Part shown: positions 30,101-38,891 of the stretch, piece by piece
Numbering within the stretch: the stretch's first letter is position 1
Layout: every line of letters starts with the position of its first letter
Assembly: GCA_030615855.1 (NCBI GenBank)
Contig: JAUWYL010000001.1
Location: 139,008-203,007 of the forward strand
Direction of reading: 5' to 3'
Source: a bacterium
Lineage (GTDB): Bacteria; UBP18; UBA7526
DNA length: 64,000 bases
Notes under the pieces: generated by a model
The model's input: the letters and a program-made list of their open reading frames with translations, nothing else
The model's database searches: none
What the model was told of the DNA's origin: nothing
Program-made: the position numbers and the translations under genes

Positions 30101-30133
30101 CAGGAGCCTTTAATGGCTCCTCTTTTTTTGTTT
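30101..30133 (+). terminator. intrinsic terminator GGAGCC-TTTAAT-GGCTCC + T-run
   Basis: Perfect 6-bp stem followed by T9. Confidence 0.7.
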
Positions 30134-30237
30134 TAGAAGCAGGGCGAAGGAGAGATAAAAGGCTTGTTACACTTCCCTGAGTATGCTACAATGTAATTAA
30201 CATCACGAACGAAAATCCACCTGAGAACGGAGGACTA

Positions 30238-30918
30238 ATGACTCGAGTAATGAACAAGCAAAAAAAGATCGATGCATATAATTTTCCTTATACTTTTAAT
30301 CCTTATACTGGATGCCCCTATTGCTGTCACTACTGCTACACCATTAAATCTGCTCTCTGGAGTGCACGATTGAAAAACTGGGGAATAAAACCTAATATAG
30401 CAAAACCGAAACTTGGTGTAGTTCAGAAACTGCAGCGTGATTTACAGGACCTAAAGAATATACAAACCAGATATAAAGAAGTCCAGATAGGAAATTTCTT
30501 TGATCCCTATCCTCCAATAGAACCTAAATTAAAAATTACCAGACAATGTTTGGATGTATTTCGACAATATCCAGACTGGAAAGTCCATCTAGAAACCAAG
30601 TCTCCTCTCATCTTGAATGATATGGACATCATTAAGCAGATGCCGCGTTTTGAAGCGGAAATTACAATCACCACGCTCACACACGATAAGCAATTTGAGC
30701 CGAATGCTCCATCTACAAAAGAACGATTCAACTTAATCAAAGAGCTAAATAATAATGGAATATTTACAAGGGTTATGATTATGCCTATCCTGGAAGGATA
30801 TACCGATGTAAGGGCGATAATACAAAAAGCCACTAGATATGGAGCTAAATCATGGAAATCCAAAGAATTACATTACTTTACTATTAAAGATTTAAAAACT
30901 AGATATAATATTAAGTGA
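30238..30918 (+). CDS. small radical SAM protein, SplB/COG1533-like (DNA photolyase-like radical SAM family)
   Basis: N-terminal NPYTGCPYCCHYCY provides a CxxxCxxC cluster in the context typical of COG1533 proteins. At 226 aa it is short for the family. Confidence 0.5.
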   Translation: MTRVMNKQKKIDAYNFPYTFNPYTGCPYCCHYCYTIKSALWSARLKNWGIKPNIAKPKLGVVQKLQRDLQDLKNIQTRYKEVQIGNFFDPYPPIEPKLKITRQCLDVFRQYPDWKVHLETKSPLILNDMDIIKQMPRFEAEITITTLTHDKQFEPNAPSTKERFNLIKELNNNGIFTRVMIMPILEGYTDVRAIIQKATRYGAKSWKSKELHYFTIKDLKTRYNIK

Positions 30919-31017
30919 TAAGAGTGACGAAGAAAAAAAGCTAAAGGAAATTACACCTGAAATAAATAAAAAAAGCAGGAGCTATTTTGCCCCTGCTTTT
31001 TTATTGCCTGGATAAAT

Positions 31018-31326
31018 CTATTTGAAAATGATAGATACGATTTTAGAAAGCTTCTCTATATCTTTGGTTGATTTGTTCTTAAGAAGTTTGACTATTTCAT
31101 TTCTCGCTTGCTCTTTTTTATTCGTAAAAAGTTCACTGATATCAACCTTTAGACCTTTGGCTATTTTCTCAATATTCTTAAGAGAGGGATTACACTGCCC
31201 TCTTTCTATTAATCCAATATGAGTATAGTGTAAATTAGCCCTTTCCCCGAGTTCCTCCTGTGATAACTTTCGCTCCTTCCTTAAATCCCTTACCCTATTC
31301 CCGAAAATACGATATAGATTACTCAT
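31018..31326 (-). CDS. XRE-family HTH transcriptional regulator
   Basis: LSQEELGERANLHYTHIGLIERGQCNPSLKNIEKIAKGL. It is divergent from the lipoprotein operon. Confidence 0.7.
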   Translation of the reverse strand: MSNLYRIFGNRVRDLRKERKLSQEELGERANLHYTHIGLIERGQCNPSLKNIEKIAKGLKVDISELFTNKKEQARNEIVKLLKNKSTKDIEKLSKIVSIIFK

Positions 31327-31459
31327 TTTTCACCTTCCTTCAACATTATTTTAAAGGTAAAAGGCGAGAATAACCACAGAATAAATTATTTATTTTTCTT
31401 GATTTTAATGAAGATACATAGTATAATAAAAGTAATTGTATTATATGAGGAGGGACACA

Positions 31460-32998
31460 ATGAAAAAGACTATTCTTTTAATAACAGCGTTGATTCTAAT
31501 CTTCTCGTTATGCAGAACTGGCGACTCCTACGCAGTCAGCGATAAAAAATTGGCAAAACTTGCCAAGAAAGCAGGAGGGACAATTACTGAAGCACAAGAA
31601 TCTCTTACCCGATGGAAGACCGCTGACCTTATTGTACCTCCCGAAGCTGAGAAAATCCTGGAAAAAGCTCGTAAGGCCCATAAGGCGGGTAGCTACAAAG
31701 AGGCTCGTAAGCTGGCCGAAGAGTCTCTTAAAACTAGTAGCGATAAAGGAGCATGGAAACTTGCCCAGAAGACGAAAGAAATAATCACTCAGGCACAGGG
31801 CTACATTAACCTCTGGGAAAAGGAAGACCTTACTCCTCCACCCCAAGCCAAGGAAATTTTGAAGAAAGCCAAAGCAGCTTACCAGTCATACAATAATGAA
31901 GAGGCTTGCCAGCTCGCCAGCCAATCCCTTAAAATAACCACCGATGAAGGACTGAAAAAAGAGGCCCGGAAAGCAAGGGGGGCAATTACTGAAGCAGAAG
32001 CCAGTATCACCAGATGTGAATCTGCAGGATACACTGTTCCTCAAGCCAAAGAGATCCTGAGAAAAGCTCGCCAAGCAAATGAAGCGTGTAATTATAAAGA
32101 AGCACGTAAGTTAGCTAAAAACTCTCTCGAAGTAAGTAGCAAAAAAAAGATAGCCGGGCCCGCTGAAATTAAACCTAAAAAGGTAGAGAAAACAATTAAA
32201 AAGGTAGAAAAAAAGATCTCCAAGTGGGAATCTGAAATACAAATTCCTATTCCCCAAGCAAAAAAATTTATAGAAGAAGCTAACACGTTCTACCAGTCAG
32301 GTAATTATAAAGAGGCGCGCAATCTGGCCGGAAAAGCATATAATTCCTGGCAGCATGCGGTGATGGCAGAAAGGTATATCAAAGGAATGGAAGCCCACGC
32401 TACCAAATGGGAGTCTGCGGGCTACGATGTTCCCCTCACGAAGAAAATTCTTCGTGAGGCTCGCCAAGCACAAAAAGATGGAGAACAAGAAAAAGCCCAC
32501 CATTTAGGTGCAACAGCTGTCATTGTACTAAAACGAGAAGTAGCAGGAAGCTTTGAACCAAAAATAGAATTTCAGATTAATCCCCAGCATGGCTTGACCA
32601 AGTACAAAAAAATCGTTGTTTTAAAGATTGGTGATGCACCTCAAACCTTAGGTTCCGGGGAAATAGTGACAAACCTCGTATCCCATACTCTGGCAAAAAG
32701 AAAATATCAGATAGTGCAAAATAAAGAAGAGGCTGATGCCATCATCTCTGGATCCCTAACCCGGTATGAGGCCCAAGAATCTAGTTATCGCCTGCATTCA
32801 AAAGCCTTCATTTACAAATCCCGCGTAGAATCCTACTTCCTCGCCACCGTAGAGTTAACACTTAATATGAAAGATGCTAAAACGAACACTACTGTTTGGC
32901 AAGTTAAGGGTAAACAAGAGATGGCTTCTAAAGAAATAAAACCCGTAGCCCAATCAGTCATTAACGCCATCTTAGACCAGGTTCCGCAGAGTAAGTAA
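31460..32998 (+). CDS. lipoprotein with five tandem ~45-aa helical repeats and C-terminal LpoB/CsgG/TolB-N-like alpha/beta domain
   Basis: Signal peptide with lipobox FSLC. Repeats of the form ...TRWKTADLIVPPEAEKILEKARKAHKAGSYKEARKLAEESL. C-terminal YKKIVVLKIGDAPQ...IISGSLTRY. The longest ORF starts with TTG at 31436; SD plus ATG are at 31460. Confidence 0.5.
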   Translation: MKKTILLITALILIFSLCRTGDSYAVSDKKLAKLAKKAGGTITEAQESLTRWKTADLIVPPEAEKILEKARKAHKAGSYKEARKLAEESLKTSSDKGAWKLAQKTKEIITQAQGYINLWEKEDLTPPPQAKEILKKAKAAYQSYNNEEACQLASQSLKITTDEGLKKEARKARGAITEAEASITRCESAGYTVPQAKEILRKARQANEACNYKEARKLAKNSLEVSSKKKIAGPAEIKPKKVEKTIKKVEKKISKWESEIQIPIPQAKKFIEEANTFYQSGNYKEARNLAGKAYNSWQHAVMAERYIKGMEAHATKWESAGYDVPLTKKILREARQAQKDGEQEKAHHLGATAVIVLKREVAGSFEPKIEFQINPQHGLTKYKKIVVLKIGDAPQTLGSGEIVTNLVSHTLAKRKYQIVQNKEEADAIISGSLTRYEAQESSYRLHSKAFIYKSRVESYFLATVELTLNMKDAKTNTTVWQVKGKQEMASKEIKPVAQSVINAILDQVPQSK

Positions 32999-33014
32999 TA
33001 AGGAGGTAAGGGCA

Positions 33015-34034
33015 ATGAAAAAGGTTTCTTTTGTAATAGTAACGGGGCTAATGCTACTATTCTTGTTATATGGAACTAGCGAGTCCTGCACAGCTAACGC
33101 CCAGCAAGCATATCTAGAAATTACCGGAGCTCGGATGATGATTGCCAAGAAAGAATCTCAAGGGTATGCTGTTCCTGGAGCAAAGAAGATCCTGGAAAAA
33201 GCCCGACGGGCTTATCAAGACGGTAAATATAAAAAAACCCGAAAACTGGTAGAGAAAGCCCTTGACATACTACGCAAAGAAACAGCGCCTAAAAAATCTC
33301 TGGGCCGAAAGATAGCAGAAAAGACTATCACTGGCGATACTCACATAGGAATACTAACTCGAACACTTACTACCGGTTCTAAACATACTACGATAAAAGA
33401 CAAAATAGACGAGGTGAGAGTGAGGCATGAACCCTTAGTAGAAGTTCGCCAAGAAAAACCAGGGGTCAATCTGGCTGAATACCAAAAGATAGCTGTCTTA
33501 AAATTTAAGGACGCTCCTGGAACCCCGGGTTCGGGAAGCATAGTGGCTGATCTGGTAGCAAAAGAGTTAGCAGAAAGAAAGCATAATGTCGTTGGCCCAG
33601 AAGAGCTAGAGAGGGCAGCCAGGGAAGAGAAGGACAAAGAACCAGAAATAGGCAAAGAGGTCCCAGCCTTTACTATTAGCCGGTCCGATGTCGTTGTTTC
33701 GGGGAATTTACCGGATGAAATGGTTGATTCAATATTGGCCGAGATACAAGAAGACGCTAAGCGAAAAAAAGAACGGGTTGAGGACCTAAGCTACTCCCAG
33801 ATAAAGGAAGTGTTTGGCGCTGATGTTGTTATTACGGGAATTGTTTACAAGTATGCGTCTGCAGATACAGGAGGCGTAGTCAATGTAACGATTAAAATAA
33901 TTGACATTAAAGCTGACGACATTATCTGGGAGGGCAATGGAGTATACACTCCTTCGGAGAAAGATGCTTCTTCTATAACCCAGGCGGTTGTCAAGGCCAT
34001 TCTGGATGCAGTTTCACAGGAGGAGACTCAATAA
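33015..34034 (+). CDS. lipoprotein paralog (one helical repeat + LpoB/CsgG-like C-terminal domain)
   Basis: Signal peptide, ESQGYAVPGAKKILEKARRAYQDGKYKKTRKLVEKAL, and YQKIAVLKFKDAPGTPGSGSIVADLVA...ITGIVYKY. Confidence 0.5.
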   Translation: MKKVSFVIVTGLMLLFLLYGTSESCTANAQQAYLEITGARMMIAKKESQGYAVPGAKKILEKARRAYQDGKYKKTRKLVEKALDILRKETAPKKSLGRKIAEKTITGDTHIGILTRTLTTGSKHTTIKDKIDEVRVRHEPLVEVRQEKPGVNLAEYQKIAVLKFKDAPGTPGSGSIVADLVAKELAERKHNVVGPEELERAAREEKDKEPEIGKEVPAFTISRSDVVVSGNLPDEMVDSILAEIQEDAKRKKERVEDLSYSQIKEVFGADVVITGIVYKYASADTGGVVNVTIKIIDIKADDIIWEGNGVYTPSEKDASSITQAVVKAILDAVSQEETQ

Positions 34035-34146
34035 TAGAAACTCCCCTATAGTTTATCCCACCATCACGAACAAAGGTTCGGATAAAAAGAATTCAGGTCG
34101 CCTAAAAGAAAACGGCTAAATAAACTTTTGGAAGGAAGGAGGCAGT

Positions 34147-34863
34147 ATGAGAAAGATTCTTTTGTTAGTGGTTTGTTCGCTGGCTATCTTTTTAGTGGGA
34201 TGCCAAACTTTCGACCGCTGGTTAGCTCCTTCAAAACCAGTGGTGAAAATAGTAAAAATTACTAGTAATCCTAGTGGGGCTACAATTTATATAGACAAAA
34301 AGTACAACGGAACTATGAAATGTGGAGTTACCCCATTAACATTTTATCTAAAGTTCGTTGGGGAACTTCGTGGGGGAGAATTTACAAAACCTGGCGTTTG
34401 GCTCAAAGACCAAGGAGACCAAAAGAACTTTGGATGGCTCAAAAGAACACATCCTCAGGGGTATGAGTTTGAGGTTACGGTAAAAAAAATAAGATACAAA
34501 GAGGGGAAAATAAGAATAGACCTCGAACCACGCGACAAGACAGACTACCATATTGACCTAGAAGAAATAGAGACTATTTCTGTAGATGAGGTAGGTAAAC
34601 ATATAGGAGAGACGAAGATCGTAAGATGCCGGATAGTCTATACCGATAATGTAAGGGGGCGAGTATTTCTATTTACGGGCAAAGATTATAGGAAAGACTT
34701 TGCGGTAGAGATCTACTATCTGAGTAACTTTTCTTTCAACCCCGCTGCTTACTATCTGGGAAAGGAAATCGAGGTTCTGGGGCTTATACAAGGGGGCTGG
34801 CGCGAGGGCTTGCCCCCGTTTATCAGTGTTACCAGTCCCGACGAAATAAGAGTGATAGAGTAG
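34147..34863 (+). CDS. lipoprotein (lipobox LVGC), unknown function
   Basis: The MRKILLLVVCSLAIFLVGCQ signal is a lipoprotein signal. Confidence 0.45.
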   Translation: MRKILLLVVCSLAIFLVGCQTFDRWLAPSKPVVKIVKITSNPSGATIYIDKKYNGTMKCGVTPLTFYLKFVGELRGGEFTKPGVWLKDQGDQKNFGWLKRTHPQGYEFEVTVKKIRYKEGKIRIDLEPRDKTDYHIDLEEIETISVDEVGKHIGETKIVRCRIVYTDNVRGRVFLFTGKDYRKDFAVEIYYLSNFSFNPAAYYLGKEIEVLGLIQGGWREGLPPFISVTSPDEIRVIE

Positions 34864-34871
34864 AAAAGAAA

Positions 34872-34966
34872 AAGGGGGATTTTAGGAAAGAATAGAATAT
34901 CGGGTAGAAGTTATGTTATAATGTTCACCGCAGGAGTCTTAAAAGGCTCCTCTTTTTTTGTTTTAG
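34872..34966. repeat. island repeat unit copy 2 (includes terminator)
   Basis: aaagggggattttaggaaagaatagaatatcgggtagaagttatgttataatg...cgcaggagtcttaaaaggctcctcttttttt. Confidence 0.7.
34931..34962 (+). terminator. intrinsic terminator (AGGAGT-loop-GCTCCT + T-run)
   Basis: Hairpin plus T9. Identical module at 40989. Confidence 0.65.
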
Positions 34967-36245
34967 AAGAGGGGAAGAGATATCTAAAAACCGATTCAGA
35001 ATCAATCAAGGAGAAGCCAGGCCGTGCTCAATCTTTAAGTGCAAGTTTAATTCCTGCTCAACAATATCCATTTTGGAACCAATCCGAAAACCCCTCATGA
35101 ATTTATTCAGGAAATGTGGGTTGCCTCATTCCCAGAATAAAAATCTAAAGTTCATCAGCGGTTTTCTCTTCCAAAATGAATTGACCAGGAATTAAACCCC
35201 CTTCTCTTCAAGATGACCGAGCTGAGAATTAGAACCAAGATATCTTAGTTCATTCCAGTCCAGAGATGTAGGGATGCCTCATCTCTTCCCTTCCACTCAT
35301 AAGATAATACCCTTCTATCTTCCAGCGAGCCTGTTAGGGTCTTGGACCTAATTCTCACATTTTAAAGAGAAGGGTCATCATCTACCCCAGCGAGATAGAT
35401 GATGTTTCCACTCAAAGATTACTGGCTTCTCCTCCTGAATCTATTATGGATGACCCCCAAATTCTGCCAGGCAAGAAAGATTGTGTGGGTGGTGGTGGAC
35501 AGGCTCACTCCTCCTGGGGTGGTGGCAACCTTTCCCCTCGCATAGCATCGAAGCTGGGCGGGAAAGCCACGCCCTTCCCCTTTAGCGGGGAATTGGGCAG
35601 ATAATGCGCATTATCTGCCCTTGCTCACTATGGATGTTGGGTCGTCTTTTCGGGCTAAAACCTCAACATAAAATTTATTTTATGTTAACCTGCCACCACG
35701 CAAGAGGGATATGTCATTTGGCCCACCATCCCTTTCTGAGGGACGACCAATAAAGATGTTTCACCCTTAAGGTCGCCCTCATACTCCCACCCGTTATCCC
35801 ACCAACAGGTTCTCATACCATTAACCACTACAGGAGAGGGCATCAGGCTTCATAAAAGGAGCATCTATCCTTTGGGGAGGGGCTATCAGCAGGAAGCATA
35901 TATCTGGGGGAGCACCTATGGAATGGACAGAGAAGCTTCGAAGCAAAGCAGGAAGAAAGTAGCAGGCAGGAACGAACCGGGGGAGTCCGGGTAGATGTAT
36001 CCTCCCAGCGGCTCTTTGCTCCCGTAGCAGACTATTCCGCATGTCCGGAACAGGCAAGAAGAATCTCTGAATTTTATGGAAAAAGTCTGTAAGCCCCCGT
36101 CGCTATTGAACTTAGGGGAATTTCGGGTATTCCGTCTGAACGGAACAGCCTTTAAGAAGCAGGGATCTATCACCCCACACTTTAAAAATGCGATATAGGA
36201 CGGATACGGAGCTCCCAGGGGCATTCCAGGGAAGTATCTAATGGC
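34967..36245. other. ORF-free ~1.3 kb block, GC ~50%, rich in perfect palindromes (candidate cis-acting ori/oriT/att region or large ncRNA)
   Basis: No ORF longer than 102 aa on either strand. Loop-less palindromes GGGCAGATAATGCGCATTATCTGCCC (35595-35620) and AACATAAAATTTATTTTATGTT (35666-35687), plus a 9-bp-stem hairpin at 35376-35404. Bounded by repeat copies 2 and 3. Confidence 0.35.
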
Positions 36246-36336
36246 AAAAGGGTGAAAGGATAAAATATCGGGGGGAAGCTACATTATAATGCTTACCGCA
36301 GGAGTCATAAAGTGAATCCTGTCTTTTTGTTTTAAA
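36246..36336. repeat. island repeat unit copy 3 (diverged; includes terminator 36298-36334)
   Basis: aaagggtgaaaggataaaatatcggggggaagctacattataatg...cgcaggagtcataaagtgaatcctgtcttttt. Confidence 0.6.
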
Positions 36337-36424
36337 ACAGAGTAAAGGAGAGTAAAAAAATGCTTGCAATTTCCACCGAAATATGATAAGATTTTAAGTA
36401 GAAATTGAGGTAGAGAGAAAAATA

Positions 36425-37567
36425 ATGAAGAATGGCTACGTAAAGAAGGCAAGAACCAAAGCTCAGGTATGGATCAAGGAAAATCTTTCTGATTATTTAG
36501 ATGTAGTGTCCATCGGTCTACCAGAATATGATGACAGATACAATATTTGGAGAGTACCGTTAAATCTCGAAAATGGTAAGGATAGATTAGTCGGTGAAAT
36601 CAAATACGATAAATCTATTGAAAAAATGGTAGGTCGTACAAAAACCAAGATTATAACAGAAAGAATTGAAAAGTATCGTAACGAAAAGCCAAAAAAAGCG
36701 AAACAGAAAAGTGGATTATTCTATCCTGCTCCTATCCCAAACAAAGTTATACTAGGAGATGCAATTAAAGTTCTTGAGGATTTTCCACCCGATACAGCAC
36801 AACTTATGATTACATCCCCACCATATTTTAATGCCAAACCAGAATACTCTGAATATGTTGACTATCAAGAATATCTGGACTTTTTAAGGAAGGCTATTGC
36901 CAGAGTTCATAATGTCTTATCGGATGGGAGATTCTTGGTTATGAATGTCTCCCCCGTATTGATTAGGAGAACATCCCGTAAAACATCAAGTAAGCGCATA
37001 CCAATACCGTTTGATGTACATAAAGTAATAGAGAGTGTTGGTTTTGAGTTTATGGATGACATAATATGGGTTAAACCGGAAGGAGCTGGATGGAATTTGG
37101 GTAGAGGTAGAAGATTTAGAGCGGATCGGCAACCTTTGCAGTACAAGCCAGTTCCAGTAACGGAACATGTTTTGGTCTATCGGAAGAAAACTGATAAGCT
37201 GATTGACTGGAATATCCGAAGGCATTATGACCAAAAACTTGTAAAGAGATCAAAAATACGCGGAAAATATGAAGTTACAAATGTGTGGCACATTCATCCG
37301 GCATTTAGCAAACACCACCCAGCAGTATTCCCGAGAGAACTTGTTCGCAGGATAATAAGATACTATTCATTCAAGGATGATCTCGTTTTAGACCCATTTG
37401 CTGGTTCGGGTACAGTGGGTCATGTGGCTTATGAGATGGGCAGACGCTTTCTACTCATCGACAACGACCCCAAGTATTTCAAACTAATGAAGAGAGCGCT
37501 GAATGAGAGAATTAAAAATAAAATAAGAATCGATTACGAAATTCATGAAACATTTAAGGGGGTGTAA
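36425..37567 (+). CDS. DNA methyltransferase, beta-class, SPPY motif (probable N4-cytosine; N6-adenine not excluded)
   Basis: Motif IV ITSPPYFN precedes motif I DPFAGSGTVGHVA. S-P-P-Y/F is characteristic of m4C methyltransferases. Confidence 0.75.
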   Translation: MKNGYVKKARTKAQVWIKENLSDYLDVVSIGLPEYDDRYNIWRVPLNLENGKDRLVGEIKYDKSIEKMVGRTKTKIITERIEKYRNEKPKKAKQKSGLFYPAPIPNKVILGDAIKVLEDFPPDTAQLMITSPPYFNAKPEYSEYVDYQEYLDFLRKAIARVHNVLSDGRFLVMNVSPVLIRRTSRKTSSKRIPIPFDVHKVIESVGFEFMDDIIWVKPEGAGWNLGRGRRFRADRQPLQYKPVPVTEHVLVYRKKTDKLIDWNIRRHYDQKLVKRSKIRGKYEVTNVWHIHPAFSKHHPAVFPRELVRRIIRYYSFKDDLVLDPFAGSGTVGHVAYEMGRRFLLIDNDPKYFKLMKRALNERIKNKIRIDYEIHETFKGV

Positions 37568-38519
37568 GATAAATATTCAATTTGATGTAGATAAATATAG
37601 AGGGTGGCTGAGAAAGAACGTAACATTAAGTGATCCATTATCTCCTGAATCACTAAAGACTCTTGTTTATCATCTTCTTTTGGGTAAAAATTATCGTCTT
37701 CTGACGGAGAGAAACACCAAAGAAAAACTGTTTGCTACCTATATATGGTTGACAGATGTATACAACAAAGCAAAAGAAGAATACGGCAATGACTGGCGAG
37801 AAAAAATGCTTGGTGAACTTTTAGGTGAAGAAAGACCAAAAAAAGAGCAGAAGGATTTAACGTTTTGGTTGTTGGGACTTACACAAAAAGGAGCGGTAAA
37901 TCTTGGCATAGCCAAAAATGACTATCCTACGGTACTAAATGAGGTGATTGGATATTGTAGAAAACTATTCTCAGAGATGGGTGTTGATGGAAGGGAGGAT
38001 AATACTTGGCTCCTAATGATGGCTGGATCGGCCACTCTAAATATACGTGGTTCACAAAAAGCAAAGATAGGTAAAACCCTTGAGAAAGTTTTTTTGAGAG
38101 CTATGCTTACTATACTTGGTCTAGAAGAAAATGAAACCTTCTGGATGAATATTGGAAGAGACATAGAAGTTGAGAGAGAAGCTGATGCGGAAGTAAGAAC
38201 GAGGAGGGGGAGGATTAGAATCGAAGTTGGGTTGATTGCCCCAGGGAACCAAGAAGTAATAGAGGATAAAATCTCAAGAGTAGGAAGGAATGGAATTGTT
38301 ATATTTGATAAACTTGGTCCCCGTTCCAGAGTGTACGAAACAGCAGAACGCAATCATGTAAAATTAATCCAGATAAGAAACAATCAGCCTCTAATCGAGA
38401 TATATCGACATCTAAAACCATTAGTAGATATAGAACTAAGGAAGCCATCACAAACCGAAAAAGAACTCAAAAAATTAATAAACAAATTATCAGATGAAAC
38501 ACTACGACCAGCCACTTAA
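37545..38519 (+). CDS. hypothetical protein overlapping the MTase stop (candidate cognate restriction endonuclease or specificity partner)
   Basis: 23-nt overlap implies co-translation. Acidic cluster IGRDIEVEREADAEV...IRIEVGLI is a possible PD-(D/E)xK-like motif. No confident family assignment. Confidence 0.35.
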   Translation: MKHLRGCKINIQFDVDKYRGWLRKNVTLSDPLSPESLKTLVYHLLLGKNYRLLTERNTKEKLFATYIWLTDVYNKAKEEYGNDWREKMLGELLGEERPKKEQKDLTFWLLGLTQKGAVNLGIAKNDYPTVLNEVIGYCRKLFSEMGVDGREDNTWLLMMAGSATLNIRGSQKAKIGKTLEKVFLRAMLTILGLEENETFWMNIGRDIEVEREADAEVRTRRGRIRIEVGLIAPGNQEVIEDKISRVGRNGIVIFDKLGPRSRVYETAERNHVKLIQIRNNQPLIEIYRHLKPLVDIELRKPSQTEKELKKLINKLSDETLRPAT

Positions 38520-38541
38520 CGAAAAATTCTGTACGATTTGT

Positions 38542-38673
38542 ATGCTACCGCTTTTGATTATGCTGGTAGTTGTGGAACACCCTGATATTGGGCTTTTCAA
38601 GACTATCCTCTGGGTGGTCTTTTTGGAGGCGGTTTGTTATGCTGGGCTGAAGTGGGGGTATAGAAAAAACTAA
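38542..38673 (+). CDS. 43-aa hydrophobic peptide (below ORF-track threshold)
   Basis: ATG at 38542. Single TM segment. Stop overlaps the next start (TAATG). Confidence 0.25.
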   Translation: MLPLLIMLVVVEHPDIGLFKTILWVVFLEAVCYAGLKWGYRKN

Positions 38674-38852
38674 TGACCAAAACCTACCTTGAAAAAATAT
38701 TAGCCCACTTGCGGATATGCCCAAATTGTCGCAAGGGCGTTATGTGGTATGATGTTATAGGAAACATTGAGAAGACAATGTTCCTTTTAGGTCTACTTCT
38801 TGGCGCAATATTATTTGTGCTGTATTTGATTGGGGCTTTTCAGAATATTTAG
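38673..38852 (+). CDS. 59-aa zinc-ribbon plus TM peptide starting MTKTYLEKI
   Basis: CPNCRKG motif and a C-terminal TM. The N-terminus MTKTYLEKI parallels MTKTYFEEI of the ORF at 40636. Confidence 0.3.
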   Translation: MTKTYLEKILAHLRICPNCRKGVMWYDVIGNIEKTMFLLGLLLGAILFVLYLIGAFQNI

Positions 38853-38891
38853 GCCGTATAAGACATGTTAGGGTAAAAGAATAAATTAAAA

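Noticed and set aside
35821-36224. Two minus-strand ORFs (78 and 102 aa) in the ORF-free block considered as remnants of a gene
   Set aside because: No motifs, and they overlap each other in different frames. The region is better explained as a cis-acting or non-coding element. Pseudogene origin is not excluded.
34967-36245. Group II intron, RNase P, or tmRNA identity for the ORF-free block
   Set aside because: No domain-V-like GAGC...GUACGG..UUC motif, no RNase P P4 consensus, and no tmRNA tag-reading frame could be seen. A generic large ncRNA remains possible, but a specific class cannot be assigned by eye.
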